Source: Eledone cirrhosa
Taxonomy: Eukaryota
Assembly: GCA_964016885.1 (NCBI GenBank)
Contig: OZ024745.1
Coordinates: 434,001-498,000, forward strand
Length of the DNA: 64,000 nucleotides
Direction of reading: 5' to 3'
Numbering within the stretch: position 1 is the first letter of the stretch; every line of letters begins with the position of its first letter. A program made the position numbers and the translations under genes. This document shows positions 16,005 to 26,546 of the stretch, piece after piece. Below the pieces are notes generated by a model that searched no databases, was not told the DNA's origin, and was given only the letters and a program-made list of their open reading frames with translations.

Positions 16005-16702
16005 ATCAGCAGTGGGGGAGGGTGCTCTGAAAGTACAGTAGCTAGAGTCAGAACTGGATGGAAAAAGTTGAGAGAGCTTATACCACTATTAGCCGCTAAA
16101 GGGTTCTCCCTAAGAATGAAAGGCAGGTTGTATGATGCCTGCATACGAACAGCAATGTTACATGGCAGTGAGACCTGGGCATTGTGTGCAGAGGATATAC
16201 GCAGACTAGAGAGGAACGAAGCTTGCATGCTCCGCTGGATGTGTAATAGTAACATACGTGAACGGCAAAGCATAAACGAACTAAGGAAAAAATTAGAAAT
16301 AAGAGGGATCAGATGTTGTTTACTCGAGAGAAGGCTACGTTGGTATGGTCACGTGATGCGCATGAAAGACGACAGCTGTATAACAAAGTGCAGGGCAATA
16401 AAGATAGACGGTAGCCACGGAATAGGCAGACCCAGAAAAACCTGGGACGAGCTGATAAATTCTGACCTCACACACTTACACCTCTCCAAGACAATGTCAC
16501 TAGACCGAGACCTTTGGCGCTACTCAGTAAAAACCTCCCAGCCCCACACTGTAAATGTGGTTGGTGTTAGGAAGGGCATCGAAAACCCGCCAGACAGTCC
16601 TATGCGAGCAAGACGATCACTCTTGCCTCAAGTGGGAAAACCCCCGTCCAAACCCATGCAAGCCTGGAACACGGACGTTAAACGTTGATGATGATGATGA
16701 TG

Positions 16703-16704
<2 letters not shown>
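16005..16704 (+). mobile_element. RTE subfamily A, 5'-truncated, with 3' UTR deletion
   Basis: ORF 16068-16688 runs into the UTR through a deletion at ~16530 (gtaa microhomology). (GAT)n tail present. Confidence 0.93.
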
Positions 16705-16736
<32 letters not shown>

Positions 16737-17250
16737 ATATATATATACACATATACATATATATATATACACATATATATACATATATACACATATATAT
16801 ATATACATATATACACATATATATATATACATATATACACACATACACATATATATATATACACACACACATATATATATACACACACACATATATATAT
16901 ACACACACATATATATATATATATACACACACGCATATATATATATACACACACATATATATACACACACGCATATATATATATATACACACATATATAC
17001 ACACACATATATATATATATCTATACACACACATATATATATATATACACACATATATATATATATACACACATATATATATATATACACACATATATAT
17101 ATATACACACATATATATATATATATACACATATATATATATACACACACACACACATATATATATATATACACACACACATATATATATATATATACAC
17201 ACACATATATATATATATATATATACACACACATATATATATATATATAT

Positions 17251-17291
<41 letters not shown>

Positions 17292-17504
17292 TATATATAT
17301 ATATACACACACACACATATATATATATACACACACACATATATATACACACACACATATATATATATATATACACACACATATATATATATATACACAC
17401 ACACATATATATATATATATACACACACACATATATATATATATATATACCCACACACACATATATATATATACACACACATATATATATATATATACAC
17501 ACAC

Positions 17505-17539
<35 letters not shown>

Positions 17540-17548
17540 TATATATAT

Positions 17549-17579
<31 letters not shown>

Positions 17580-17602
17580 CACACACACACATATATATAT
17601 AT

Positions 17603-17633
<31 letters not shown>

Positions 17634-17696
17634 CACACACACACATATATATACATACACACATATATATATATATACATACACATATATATATAT
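16705..17696. repeat. (TA/CA)n compound microsatellite
   Basis: Seen directly in sequence. Confidence 0.98.
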
Positions 17697-17712
17697 TTAA
17701 TATCAAAAGGCT

Positions 17713-17797
17713 TCTATATTAAATATTTATACTCTGCTTTGTATTGAGTACGTTACTTACTGTGGTTACCCCCGATGAACCCACGATAAACTTACAT
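17713..17797 (+). mobile_element. Second copy of the 3' end of the 15426-15510 element family
   Basis: tatactctgctttgtattgagtacgttacttactgtggttacc is the near reverse complement of 15451-15492. Confidence 0.7.
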
Positions 17798-18094
17798 ATA
17801 TTTACACTCACTCACACACACACATGTGTGTGAGTGAGTGTATATATGTATGTACGTATGCACATACATATATATGCAAATATGTATGCTTCTATGTATG
17901 TATATATATGTGTGTGTACGTTTTGTCCCTTTCTCTTAATTTTGTGACTGGCCCCCTTCCTGGGGTAAGGTTGTAAAGGAAAGGGAACTTTTGTCATCCC
18001 TTCTTCAATCATTTGTCCTTTGTGTTACATATTTTGAAGGTTACAGATAAGTGTGTGTATGTGTACATATGTATGCATGTATGTGTGTATGGAT

Positions 18095-18643
18095 GTGGTG
18101 GTCGTGGTGGTAGTAGTAGTGGTGGTGGTGGTAGTGGGGGGTAGTGGTGGTATTGGTAGTAGAAGTAGTAGTAGTAGTAATAGTGGTCGTGATGGTAATA
18201 GTAGTAGTAATGGGGAGGGGTAGTGGTGGTGGTAGTAGTAGTAGTGGTGGTGGTGGTGGTGCTAATAGTAGTAGTAGTGGGGGGGGTAGTAGTAGTGGTG
18301 GTGGTAATAGTAGTAGTTGTGGGGTTAGTAGTGCTGGTAGTAGTAATATTGGTGGTGGTGGTAATAGTAGTAGTAGTAGTGGGGCAAGTAGTGTTGGTGG
18401 TAGTAGTAGTAGTGGGGTAGAGTAGTGGTGGTGGTGCTAATAGTAGTAGTAGTGGTGGTGGTAGTAATAGTAGTGGGAGTTGTGGTGGTGGTATTAGTAG
18501 TAGTGGGTGGTGGTAGTAGTAGTGGTGGTGGTGGTGGTAGTAGTGTTGGTGGTAGTAGTAGTAGTCATGGTGGTAGTAGTAGTAGTGGTAGTAGTAGTAG
18601 TAGTGGTGGTGGTGATAGTAGTAGTAGTGGTGGTGGTGGTTGT
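18095..18643. repeat. (GTA)n/(GTG)n trinucleotide low-complexity tract
   Basis: Seen directly; the poly-V/G/S ORFs over it are artefacts. Confidence 0.95.
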
Positions 18644-18727
18644 AGATGTGATGTCAATGGTAATGAGGTGACAGCAATACAGATGTCAAAAGAAAGAACA
18701 AGCAACTATTAATTATTTCTACCATTA

Positions 18728-18909
18728 CGGTGGATTGGCAGTATCGGTAGAGGGTCGGATGCCATGCTTTCCAGCATAGTTACGTCCCTTTACGATCTGA
18801 GTTCAAATCCCGCCGAGGTTGACTTTGCCTTTCATCCTTACGGGGTCGATAAAATAAAGTACCAGTAATGCACTGGATATTTGCTGGCCTTGTGCCTAAC
18901 GTAGAAACA
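18728..18909 (+). mobile_element. tRNA-derived SINE with Deu/Nin-like central domain and 20 bp TSD
   Basis: A-box-like tggcagtatcgg, B-box gagttcaaatcc, central gcctttcatccttacggggtcgataaaataaagtacc. attaattatttctaccatta duplicated at 18708-18727 and 18910-18929. Confidence 0.88.
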
Positions 18910-18999
18910 ATTAATTATTTCTACCATTAAAGTCATTAGCAATCCACCTGTACTAATTACAGTATCATATGTTTGTAATAAAGAAACCCTTAAGATATG

Positions 19000-19142
19000 G
19001 TGACAGGACCTAAACACCTTTCTTAGGAGATGGTCACAGGTCCTAAACACCTTTCTTAGGAGATGGTCACAGGTCCTAAACACCTTTCTTAGGAGATGGT
19101 CACAGTACCTAAACACCTTTCTTAGGAGATGGTCACAGGACC
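19000..19142. repeat. 33 bp minisatellite x4
   Basis: cctaaacacctttcttaggagatggtcacag(g/t) repeated. Confidence 0.92.
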
Positions 19143-19474
19143 ATACAAAGCAGAGTATAAATATTTAATATAGAAGGTATGTTGAAATGAGACAAGTGGC
19201 CAGGAGACTGGCAGAGAGTCTGCTAAAGGGACCAAAGCATCAGTTGATGAAATAACACTTAAAAAACCACACAAGAAATTCAACTCAAAATGCAAACTGC
19301 CAGAACAATTAATGCAAGGCACCTGATGCTCTAACAATTCTGTAAAACTTTATGTTATCAACCTCAAAAGGATGAAGGACAATGCTCACCTTGCTAGGAT
19401 TTTAGCTATTTACATTATTGTCTTTAATCAAAATTCATTTTACAACTCGTCTAACCCATGATAGTAAAACAGTG

Positions 19475-19635
19475 ATGATACATTAAATATACAAGTAAAC
19501 ATTGATACATTAAAAATACAAGTAAACATTGATACATTAAAAATACAAGTAAACATTGATACATTAAAAATACAAGTAAACATTGATACATTAAAAATAC
19601 AAGTAAACATTGATACATTAAAAATACAAGTAAAC
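19475..19635. repeat. 27 bp minisatellite x6
   Basis: tgatacattaaaaatacaagtaaacat repeated. Confidence 0.93.
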
Positions 19636-19689
19636 AGTTCAAAATGATTTTTGTTATTTGTGATCACGCTGTTATTGGAGCTGCCATCA

Positions 19690-19977
19690 TCTCATTATCT
19701 TGTGGCAGGAGAGGAGACTGTGCTGGTATGAACATGTGATGCAGATGGATGATCACTGGGAGAAAATGTGCCAAGTAATCATTGTGGAAAGAAGCTGCAG
19801 TAGAGGAAGACCAAGAAAAACATGGATGGAAGTGGTAGGAACTGATCTTGAATCACTAAAGTTCACAGAGGAGAGATGACAAAGGAACGCAACAAATGGA
19901 GAGATGTTGTACTGAGAAAGACCTGTCCAACCCATGCAAGCATGGAACATCAGATGTAAAATGATGATGATGATGAT
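19690..19977 (+). mobile_element. RTE subfamily C 3' fragment (decayed)
   Basis: Degenerate [15 protein letters not shown] coding, very short UTR, (GAT)n tail. Confidence 0.8.
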
Positions 19978-19982
19978 CTATT

Positions 19983-20250
19983 ATCATCATCATTTTACGT
20001 CCACTTTTCCCTGCTTGCAAGGGTGGGACGGGTCCTATTCAACACAGCATCTCTCCACTTGTCACGGTCCTTCGTCATCTCCTCCGCGAGCTCCAGCAAT
20101 CTGAGGTCTGTTCTCACCACCTCCGCCCATGTTTTCGTGGTTTTCCTCTACTGCACGTTCCTTCTACTGGCATTTCTTGGCACTTCTTTATCCAGCGGTC
20201 ATCCTCATCACATGTCCATACCATTGCAGTCTTCTCTCCCACACACTACA
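19983..20250 (-). mobile_element. RTE subfamily C 3' fragment, tail-to-tail with the previous copy
   Basis: Near-colinear with 45450-45730; tail catcatcattttacgtcc. Confidence 0.85.
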
Positions 20251-21063
20251 ACTTATGAGCACAACAAATGAGAAATATGCTAATATATCTTAAACTTGTA
20301 GGAGAGACCCATAAACACACATTCATATCTCATTTCTATCAATTAGAAGAGGCCAAATGAAAATAGTTGTTTTCCAATCTTACCATGAATTAATCTATTA
20401 TCAAGGTTTTTATCAAATTTAATGCAAAGTCAGGTTTAATGTAACATAACACAAAGAAATTATGTTGAACAGAACTGAAGGGAAAGATACTCAAGTTGAA
20501 ACAGTTTCAAGAAATCCCAACTTTTGAATAATTATCTGCCATATGAGAACTGGACAGATGTCTTTCACAAGCAGATGATAATGCCATCTGTTGACAATAT
20601 CTGTAACAATACCTGTAACTACTGATAATGAATTACTGGCAATTTCCATTGGATGTTTATCTCTTAAGCTAAATAACAATTTCAAAATAGCCATGACAGT
20701 TCTGTAGAAATAATATATATAGTGAATATACACTCATATCTCATGAGTGCAGGTATTTGTTGTAAATTTATAAACTTAATTTTACATGCCTCAGTTTGGT
20801 GAGCTTACAGTCAAGAATATGTTAGTTGTTCATCATCATCATCATTGTTTAATGTCCATTTTCCCTACTAGCAAGGACTAGACATGTCTAGAGCCCTTTC
20901 TTACCTCCAACTGGGCTTGTCGCCAGATATACCATCCCACTCTCTACTGGGTACATTTTACAAATCTCAGTTGATTATCCAGATCAGCAGATCAGAAGAG
21001 TTTCAAAAACCTATCCAGATATTTACTCCGATTCTCCTTTTTGTTTCTCTTCCTTATTTTCAG

Positions 21064-21195
21064 AAAAACTACTTATAGAAACATTAAAAAACGTCAGAAC
21101 GGCTTAAGAATCTTGCTGAAACTTGTTTTCTTTGGAGAACCTACTAAACTTGAATGTGAATCAAGTGGGTGTAATAAAATGGAGTTTGTAGCAAG
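21064..21195 (+). CDS. Candidate internal coding exon of an unidentified host gene (132 bp, phase 2-2)
   Basis: Long polypyrimidine tract + ttttcag acceptor, AAG|gtaagc donor, open frame KTTYRNIKKRQNGLRILLKLVFFGEPTKLECESSGCNKMEFVA. Non-repetitive sequence. Confidence 0.55.
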
Positions 21196-21424
21196 GTAAG
21201 CCAATAAAAATATAAAAGTCAAGTTGATTAATAACCTTTTTTTATTTTAAAGAGATTATCAAATCATGTCACTTGGTTATCCATAAACAGGTATGTATGT
21301 GTGTGGGGTGGTCTACCCTCTCATACACATGGGTGTATTTGTATTAAAAGAGATTCAAGAAATGAATTTTATTAAACCTCATCAATAAGAAATTATATTA
21401 TTGAGAGAAAGAAAAAGATATGTA

Positions 21425-21580
21425 ACCCAGTCAACCTTGTAAGGTGGTAGTGCTGGTGACATGATAAAAAGCCCCCAATCAACCCTGTAAAGTGGTAGTG
21501 CTGGTGACATGATAAAAAGCCCCCAATCAACCCTGTAAGGTGGTAGTGCTGGTGATACAACAAAAAGTACCCAGTCAACT
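21425..21580 (+). repeat. ~49 bp tandem repeat x3 resembling the RTE 3' UTR internal repeat
   Basis: caatcaaccctgtaaagtggtagtgctggtgacatgataaaaagcccc repeated; compare aaaagcacccagtccacactgtaaagtggttg at 4509-4540. Confidence 0.7.
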
Positions 21581-21844
21581 CTATGCTCTAAAGATTAACC
21601 ATACCAACCCGGTCAAGCAATCGTGTAGAACGGAGATAAAAGGCAGAAAATCTGTTTGAAGACCCCAGAAAACATTGGAAGAGGTAACATAAGAAATCTG
21701 TCAAGAAAGAGACATAGGAGATCAATTTATAAAGACCATGATCCAGCAACATTACCAGATAAAGTGGATGAAGACTGGCAACTAAACATTAACAGAGTCT
21801 ATTACAATTGAGAAAGGAAAAGGAAAAAGAAATTCCTGATAAGT

Positions 21845-22350
21845 GTAGATGTGAGGGTCTTACTTCAGTAGATGTGAGGGTCTTACTTTAGATGTGAGGG
21901 TCTTACTTTAGTAGATGTGAGAGTCTTACTTTAGATGTGAGGGTCTTACTTCAGTAGATGTGAGGGTCTTACTTCAGTAGATGTGAGGGTCTTACTTCAG
22001 TAGATGTGAGGGTCTTACTTTAGTAGATGTGAGGGTCTTACTTTAGTAGATGTGAGGGTCTTACTTTAGATGTGAGGGTCTTACTTTAGTAGATGTGAGG
22101 GTCTTTAGTAGATGTGAGGGTCTTACTTTAGTAGAGGGTCTTACTTTAGTAGGGGTCTTTAGTAGATGTGAGGGTCTTACTTTAGTAGAGGGTCTTACTT
22201 TAGTAGATGTGAGGGTCTTTAGTAGATGTGAGGGTCTTACTTTAGTAGGGGTCTTTAGTAGATGTGAGGGTCTTTAGTAGATGTGAGGGTCTTACTTTAG
22301 TAGATATGAGGGTCTTATTTAATAAACAGATGGTTAAGTCTTACTTACGT
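21845..22350. repeat. ~23 bp minisatellite (agtagatgtgagggtcttacttt) with deletion variants
   Basis: Seen directly in sequence. Confidence 0.93.
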
Positions 22351-23152
22351 AGAGGTAAGAGTTCCTGTGTTTAAAACTATGGACAATTTTCCTAAACATT
22401 TTTGGTAATATTTTCTTGTTGTAAAGGTGACATAGATGGTCCATTGTAAGGATAATCCCAGCTCTCTGTTCTGCTCCGCAATAGTGCGAGGTTATAGTGA
22501 CAACTACTGAATAGTAAGTACTGTACTATTGGAGGTTATAGGATGGGGGGGGGGGGGGGGGCAGTGAAGAATAGGTTTAAAAAACAGAAAGTAAAACAAG
22601 AGAATAAAGGATGAAGAGGATAATGAAGAGAAGGAATATGTTAAGGGGGATATAGAAGAGGGGGGAGGATGTTGTGAGGAGGATGAGGTAAGAGTGAGGT
22701 TGATGAAGGTGAGGTGTGAGGAAGTAGAGGAGATGGAAGAGATAGACAAAGAAATGATGAAAATTGATGAAGATGAAAACCAAACAAACAGTAAATATGA
22801 AAAGAGAAAATTTGAAGAAGGAAAAGAAATAAGGATAAAAAGAATGCAATAAAAAATATTTTTTTCAAAGTAAAACTGAGGAAAATCTTTTCATTTCAAA
22901 AATATTTTTGTGTTTGTTTTGTTTTTAGATTTCTGAATAAGATATACTTAATGACAATTTTTTTTTATCTAGACAAAAGATATGTTTATCATTTATACCT
23001 TACATTCCATTTCTTTCTACACCATAAATATTGAACAGAATATATAGAAAAGAATAAAAAGTAAATCTAAATTGTAAAGGTATTTTATTTTGTATGATGT
23101 GTGAACTTAAAGTTAAATTAAATTGCCTATATATATATGTGTGAGTGTATAG

Positions 23153-24019
23153 CATCATCATCACCGTTTTACGTCCATTCTTCCATGCTAGCATGGGTTA
23201 GACGGGTTGTCCTGTTGTGGGCAGTGCCCAGTCGGCTGACCTTGTCTTGCTCATACAGGAACTGATTATGGCTTGATTTCTACAGCTGGATGCACTTCCT
23301 AATACCAACCTTATTTACAGTGAGTGCTGGGCGCTTTATTGCAATGGCACCTACACAACCACTTTACAGTGGGAGGGGGTGGGGCATATTGTCTATATGC
23401 TTCAGCTTCGGCTTGTACCCGCGGGAAGTCGGGTCTTCTGTATTACTGCGTGACGCCAGAGGTCACGGCCCAGCATCATCACCTTTGAGAGGTGTAATTG
23501 GGCAAGGTCAGCTTTTATCACCTCATCCCAGGTCTTCTTGGGTCTCCCCATGCCACGGCTTCCATCGACTTCTAGTGCTCTGTACCTTTTTATGCAGCTG
23601 TCATACTTCATACGCATCACATGTCCATACCAACGCAACCTCCTCTCCTGCACACAGCATTTGATTCCTCTTATGCTCAGTCTCTCTCTCAATTCGTTTA
23701 TGCTTTGCCATTCACATATATTACTATAACACATCCATCGGAGCATGCAAGCTTTGTTTCTTTCTAATCTACGCAAGTCTTCTACAGACAGCGCCCAGGT
23801 CTCACTACCATGTAACATTGTTGTTCGGATACACGCATCATACAGTCTGCCTTTCATTTTGAGGGAAAAGCCTTTTGCAGCTGGCAGTGGTAGTAGTTCC
23901 CTAAACTTCTTCCATCCCGTTCTTACCCTAGTTATTGTACTTTCCGAACACCCATCTCCGCTGCTAATTCGGTCACCAAGGTACCAAAAGCTGTCTACTG
24001 TTACTACAGCGCCCTCTCA

Positions 24020-24020
<1 letters not shown>
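23153..24020 (-). mobile_element. RTE subfamily B, 5'-truncated
   Basis: ORF 23402-23857 (MKGRLYDAC...RLRWYGHV...GRPKKTW), UTR distinct from subfamily A, (GAT)n tail. Confidence 0.92.
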
Positions 24021-24060
<40 letters not shown>

Positions 24061-24229
24061 AACATACATATATATATATGCAAACATACATATATATATA
24101 TATATATACAAACATACAGATATATATATATATATACAAACATACAGATATATATATATATATACAAACATACAGATATATATATATATATATATACAAA
24201 CATACATATATATATATATATATATACAA

Positions 24230-24262
<33 letters not shown>

Positions 24263-24514
24263 CAAACATACATATATATAAGGTAAATATTGCCTAAACT
24301 AGCTATGCGCGGTTACACGCAAGCTTGAATTATCTCCCGTGATTATTCATGTATTTTTATATGTTAATCAATCTCTAGTTATTATAATATGCTCAGATGT
24401 ATTTATCTTTGAGCTTAAATTCTCAGGATATATTGGCGCATGCTTTTTGTCATGACACCCATGATTTCGATTTAGATTAAATTCATTTAATTGATTTATC
24501 TTAATTTTGGACTT

Positions 24515-24567
<53 letters not shown>

Positions 24568-24572
<5 letters not shown>

Positions 24573-25115
24573 AAGGTTTAGCAAATAATGAAAAAGTTTC
24601 AAAATAAATTTTAAAAAATTGACTTTACCTACTATAGTTACCTTTACCGATCAGTTTCGAATCCCAAAAATAAAACGGAGACCATACGGCCTTCGTTGCA
24701 AAGAAAGATTCTCGTCAGAAGGTTCTTTTCATTCAGAGAATATAAAATTCCTGAATTTAAATTACGGACTAGCGCTATCAAAACTGTTCCTGGGATGAGA
24801 GTGGATGATGTAGAAACAGGTTTATCAAGGGCCGAAGTAAAGATAGAGGCAGAAGGAGGTAGGTCAAACCAGCCACAGCTATCGCTAGCAGCAGTCGGAG
24901 CGACCAAATTTGTTCTCAACTTAGAGGAGATAGTAGTAATAGGATATGTGTTCCTTCACGCACAAGGCGCTAAGGTACGCATGTATTGTCCAACCAAATG
25001 CCAGTGTGGTTCAATGGCAGGTTAATAAATTAACGAGCCAGAACAAATAGTAGGTAAAGTCAATTTTTTAAAATTTATTTTGAAACTTTTTCATTATTTG
25101 CTAAACCTTGTTTAT
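24568..25115 (-). mobile_element. Non-coding Penelope-type/retrozyme-like insert with ~67 bp inverted termini and a hammerhead
   Basis: 24568-24635 is the near reverse complement of 25047-25113. (TA)n on both sides. Hammerhead at 24640-24723. Confidence 0.75.
24640..24723 (-). ncRNA. Type I hammerhead ribozyme (canonical core)
   Basis: Minus strand: ACCTT-CTGACGA-GAATC...GATTC-GAAA-CTGATCG-GTA-AAGGT. Stems I, II and III all pair; GUA cleavage triplet. Confidence 0.85.
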
Positions 25116-25438
25116 ATATATATATATAGATATACAAACATACATATATATATATATACAAACATATATATATTTTGATTTATTGATTTATTGATTTTTT
25201 ATCTGAGTGTCCCGAATCTTCCAGATCGCAATTTTTCGGTTGTATGGTTGATTATAGACTTGTTCTATGTGTGACGGTATTTTAACGATAGTTATAGCTC
25301 TGATTTATCTAAATTATTGAGCCCTCTGCCGCTCATATCGAATTTTGTTTATCGTGAACTCGTGCGCAGATTTTTCGATACTCGATTATTCTACTATATA
25401 TATATATACAAACATACATATATATATATATATATACA

Positions 25439-25472
<34 letters not shown>

Positions 25473-25502
25473 AACATATATATATATATATATATATATA
25501 CA

Positions 25503-25537
<35 letters not shown>

Positions 25538-25731
25538 ATATATATATATATACAAACATATATATATATATATACAAACATACATATATATATATACAAA
25601 CATACATATATATATACAAACATACATATATATATATACAAACATACATATATATATACAAACATACATATATATATAAACATATATATATATACAAACA
25701 TACATATATATATATATATACAAACATACAT

Positions 25732-25863
25732 ATCATCATCATCATCATCATCGTTTAACGTCCGTGTTCCACGCTTGCATGGGTTTGGACGGGGGTTTTC
25801 CCACTTGAGGCAAGAGTGATTATCTTGCTCGCATAGGACTGTCTGGCGGGTTTTCTACAGCTG
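25732..25863 (-). mobile_element. RTE subfamily A 3'-terminal fragment
   Basis: catcatcatcgtttaacgtccgtgttccacgcttgcatggg...ttttctacagctg, then (TA)n. Confidence 0.9.
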
Positions 25864-25942
25864 TATATATATATATATGTATATATATATATGTGTATAT
25901 ATGTATATATATATATGTGTATATATGTATATATATGTGTAT

Positions 25943-26425
25943 TTAGTTGCTAAAAATCTTTTTTGGTAGCGATCATAGACGGCTAGTCTACGATTTCCCG
26001 CCTTCACTATACACCAACGTATTTATGGGTCACTTTCACGACCTTTCAGACCTGTATTAGTTGGAGTGAGGTCATATATTTTGTCGTTCCTGGGGTTTTA
26101 ACCCTAGGATAGGAAAATGCTTCTCTGATGATCTTTGCTTTTCCATTAATATCCACGTGATATCTAATGTTTTGCAATGTGAAACTGTACAGTTAGGGCC
26201 ATTTGAATAGGTAAATATTTATATTATATTTTTTAATTTTGATTAATTTTGATTGTATATTAATTTTGATTTATTTTGAAAAATTGGTTGAATTTTACTT
26301 CTTCTGCTTATCTTGATATTAAGTTCTGGTATATCAAATTATTACCATAGAACCACCTTAAATCATAGACACACTATATATTTCCGGGGGTACATTGTAC
26401 CCTCAGATATATATTAACCTTATTC
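25943..26425 (+). mobile_element. Non-coding Penelope-type terminal fragment with hammerhead, in (TA)n
   Basis: Unique ~480 bp island bounded by TA repeats; contains the hammerhead fold at 26115-26204. Confidence 0.6.
26115..26204 (+). ncRNA. Type I hammerhead-like fold (partly degenerate)
   Basis: aaatgcttct-CTGATGA (26125-26131)-long stem II (ttgc/gcaa, atatc/gatat)-GAAACTGTACAGTT (palindromic stem III)-agggccattt. Confidence 0.62.
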
Positions 26426-26441
26426 TATATATATATGTATA

Positions 26442-26473
<32 letters not shown>

Positions 26474-26499
26474 AGTATATGTGTATATATATATATATA

Positions 26500-26542
<43 letters not shown>

Positions 26543-26546
26543 ATAT

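Noticed and set aside
18144-18712. Gly/Ser-rich or poly-Val ORFs
   Set aside because: A (GTA/GTG)n simple repeat with no splice or start context.
24644-25025. 91 aa and 109 aa ORFs within the inverted-end insert
   Set aside because: No recognisable motifs; they overlap the hammerhead and are likely chance frames in non-coding sequence.
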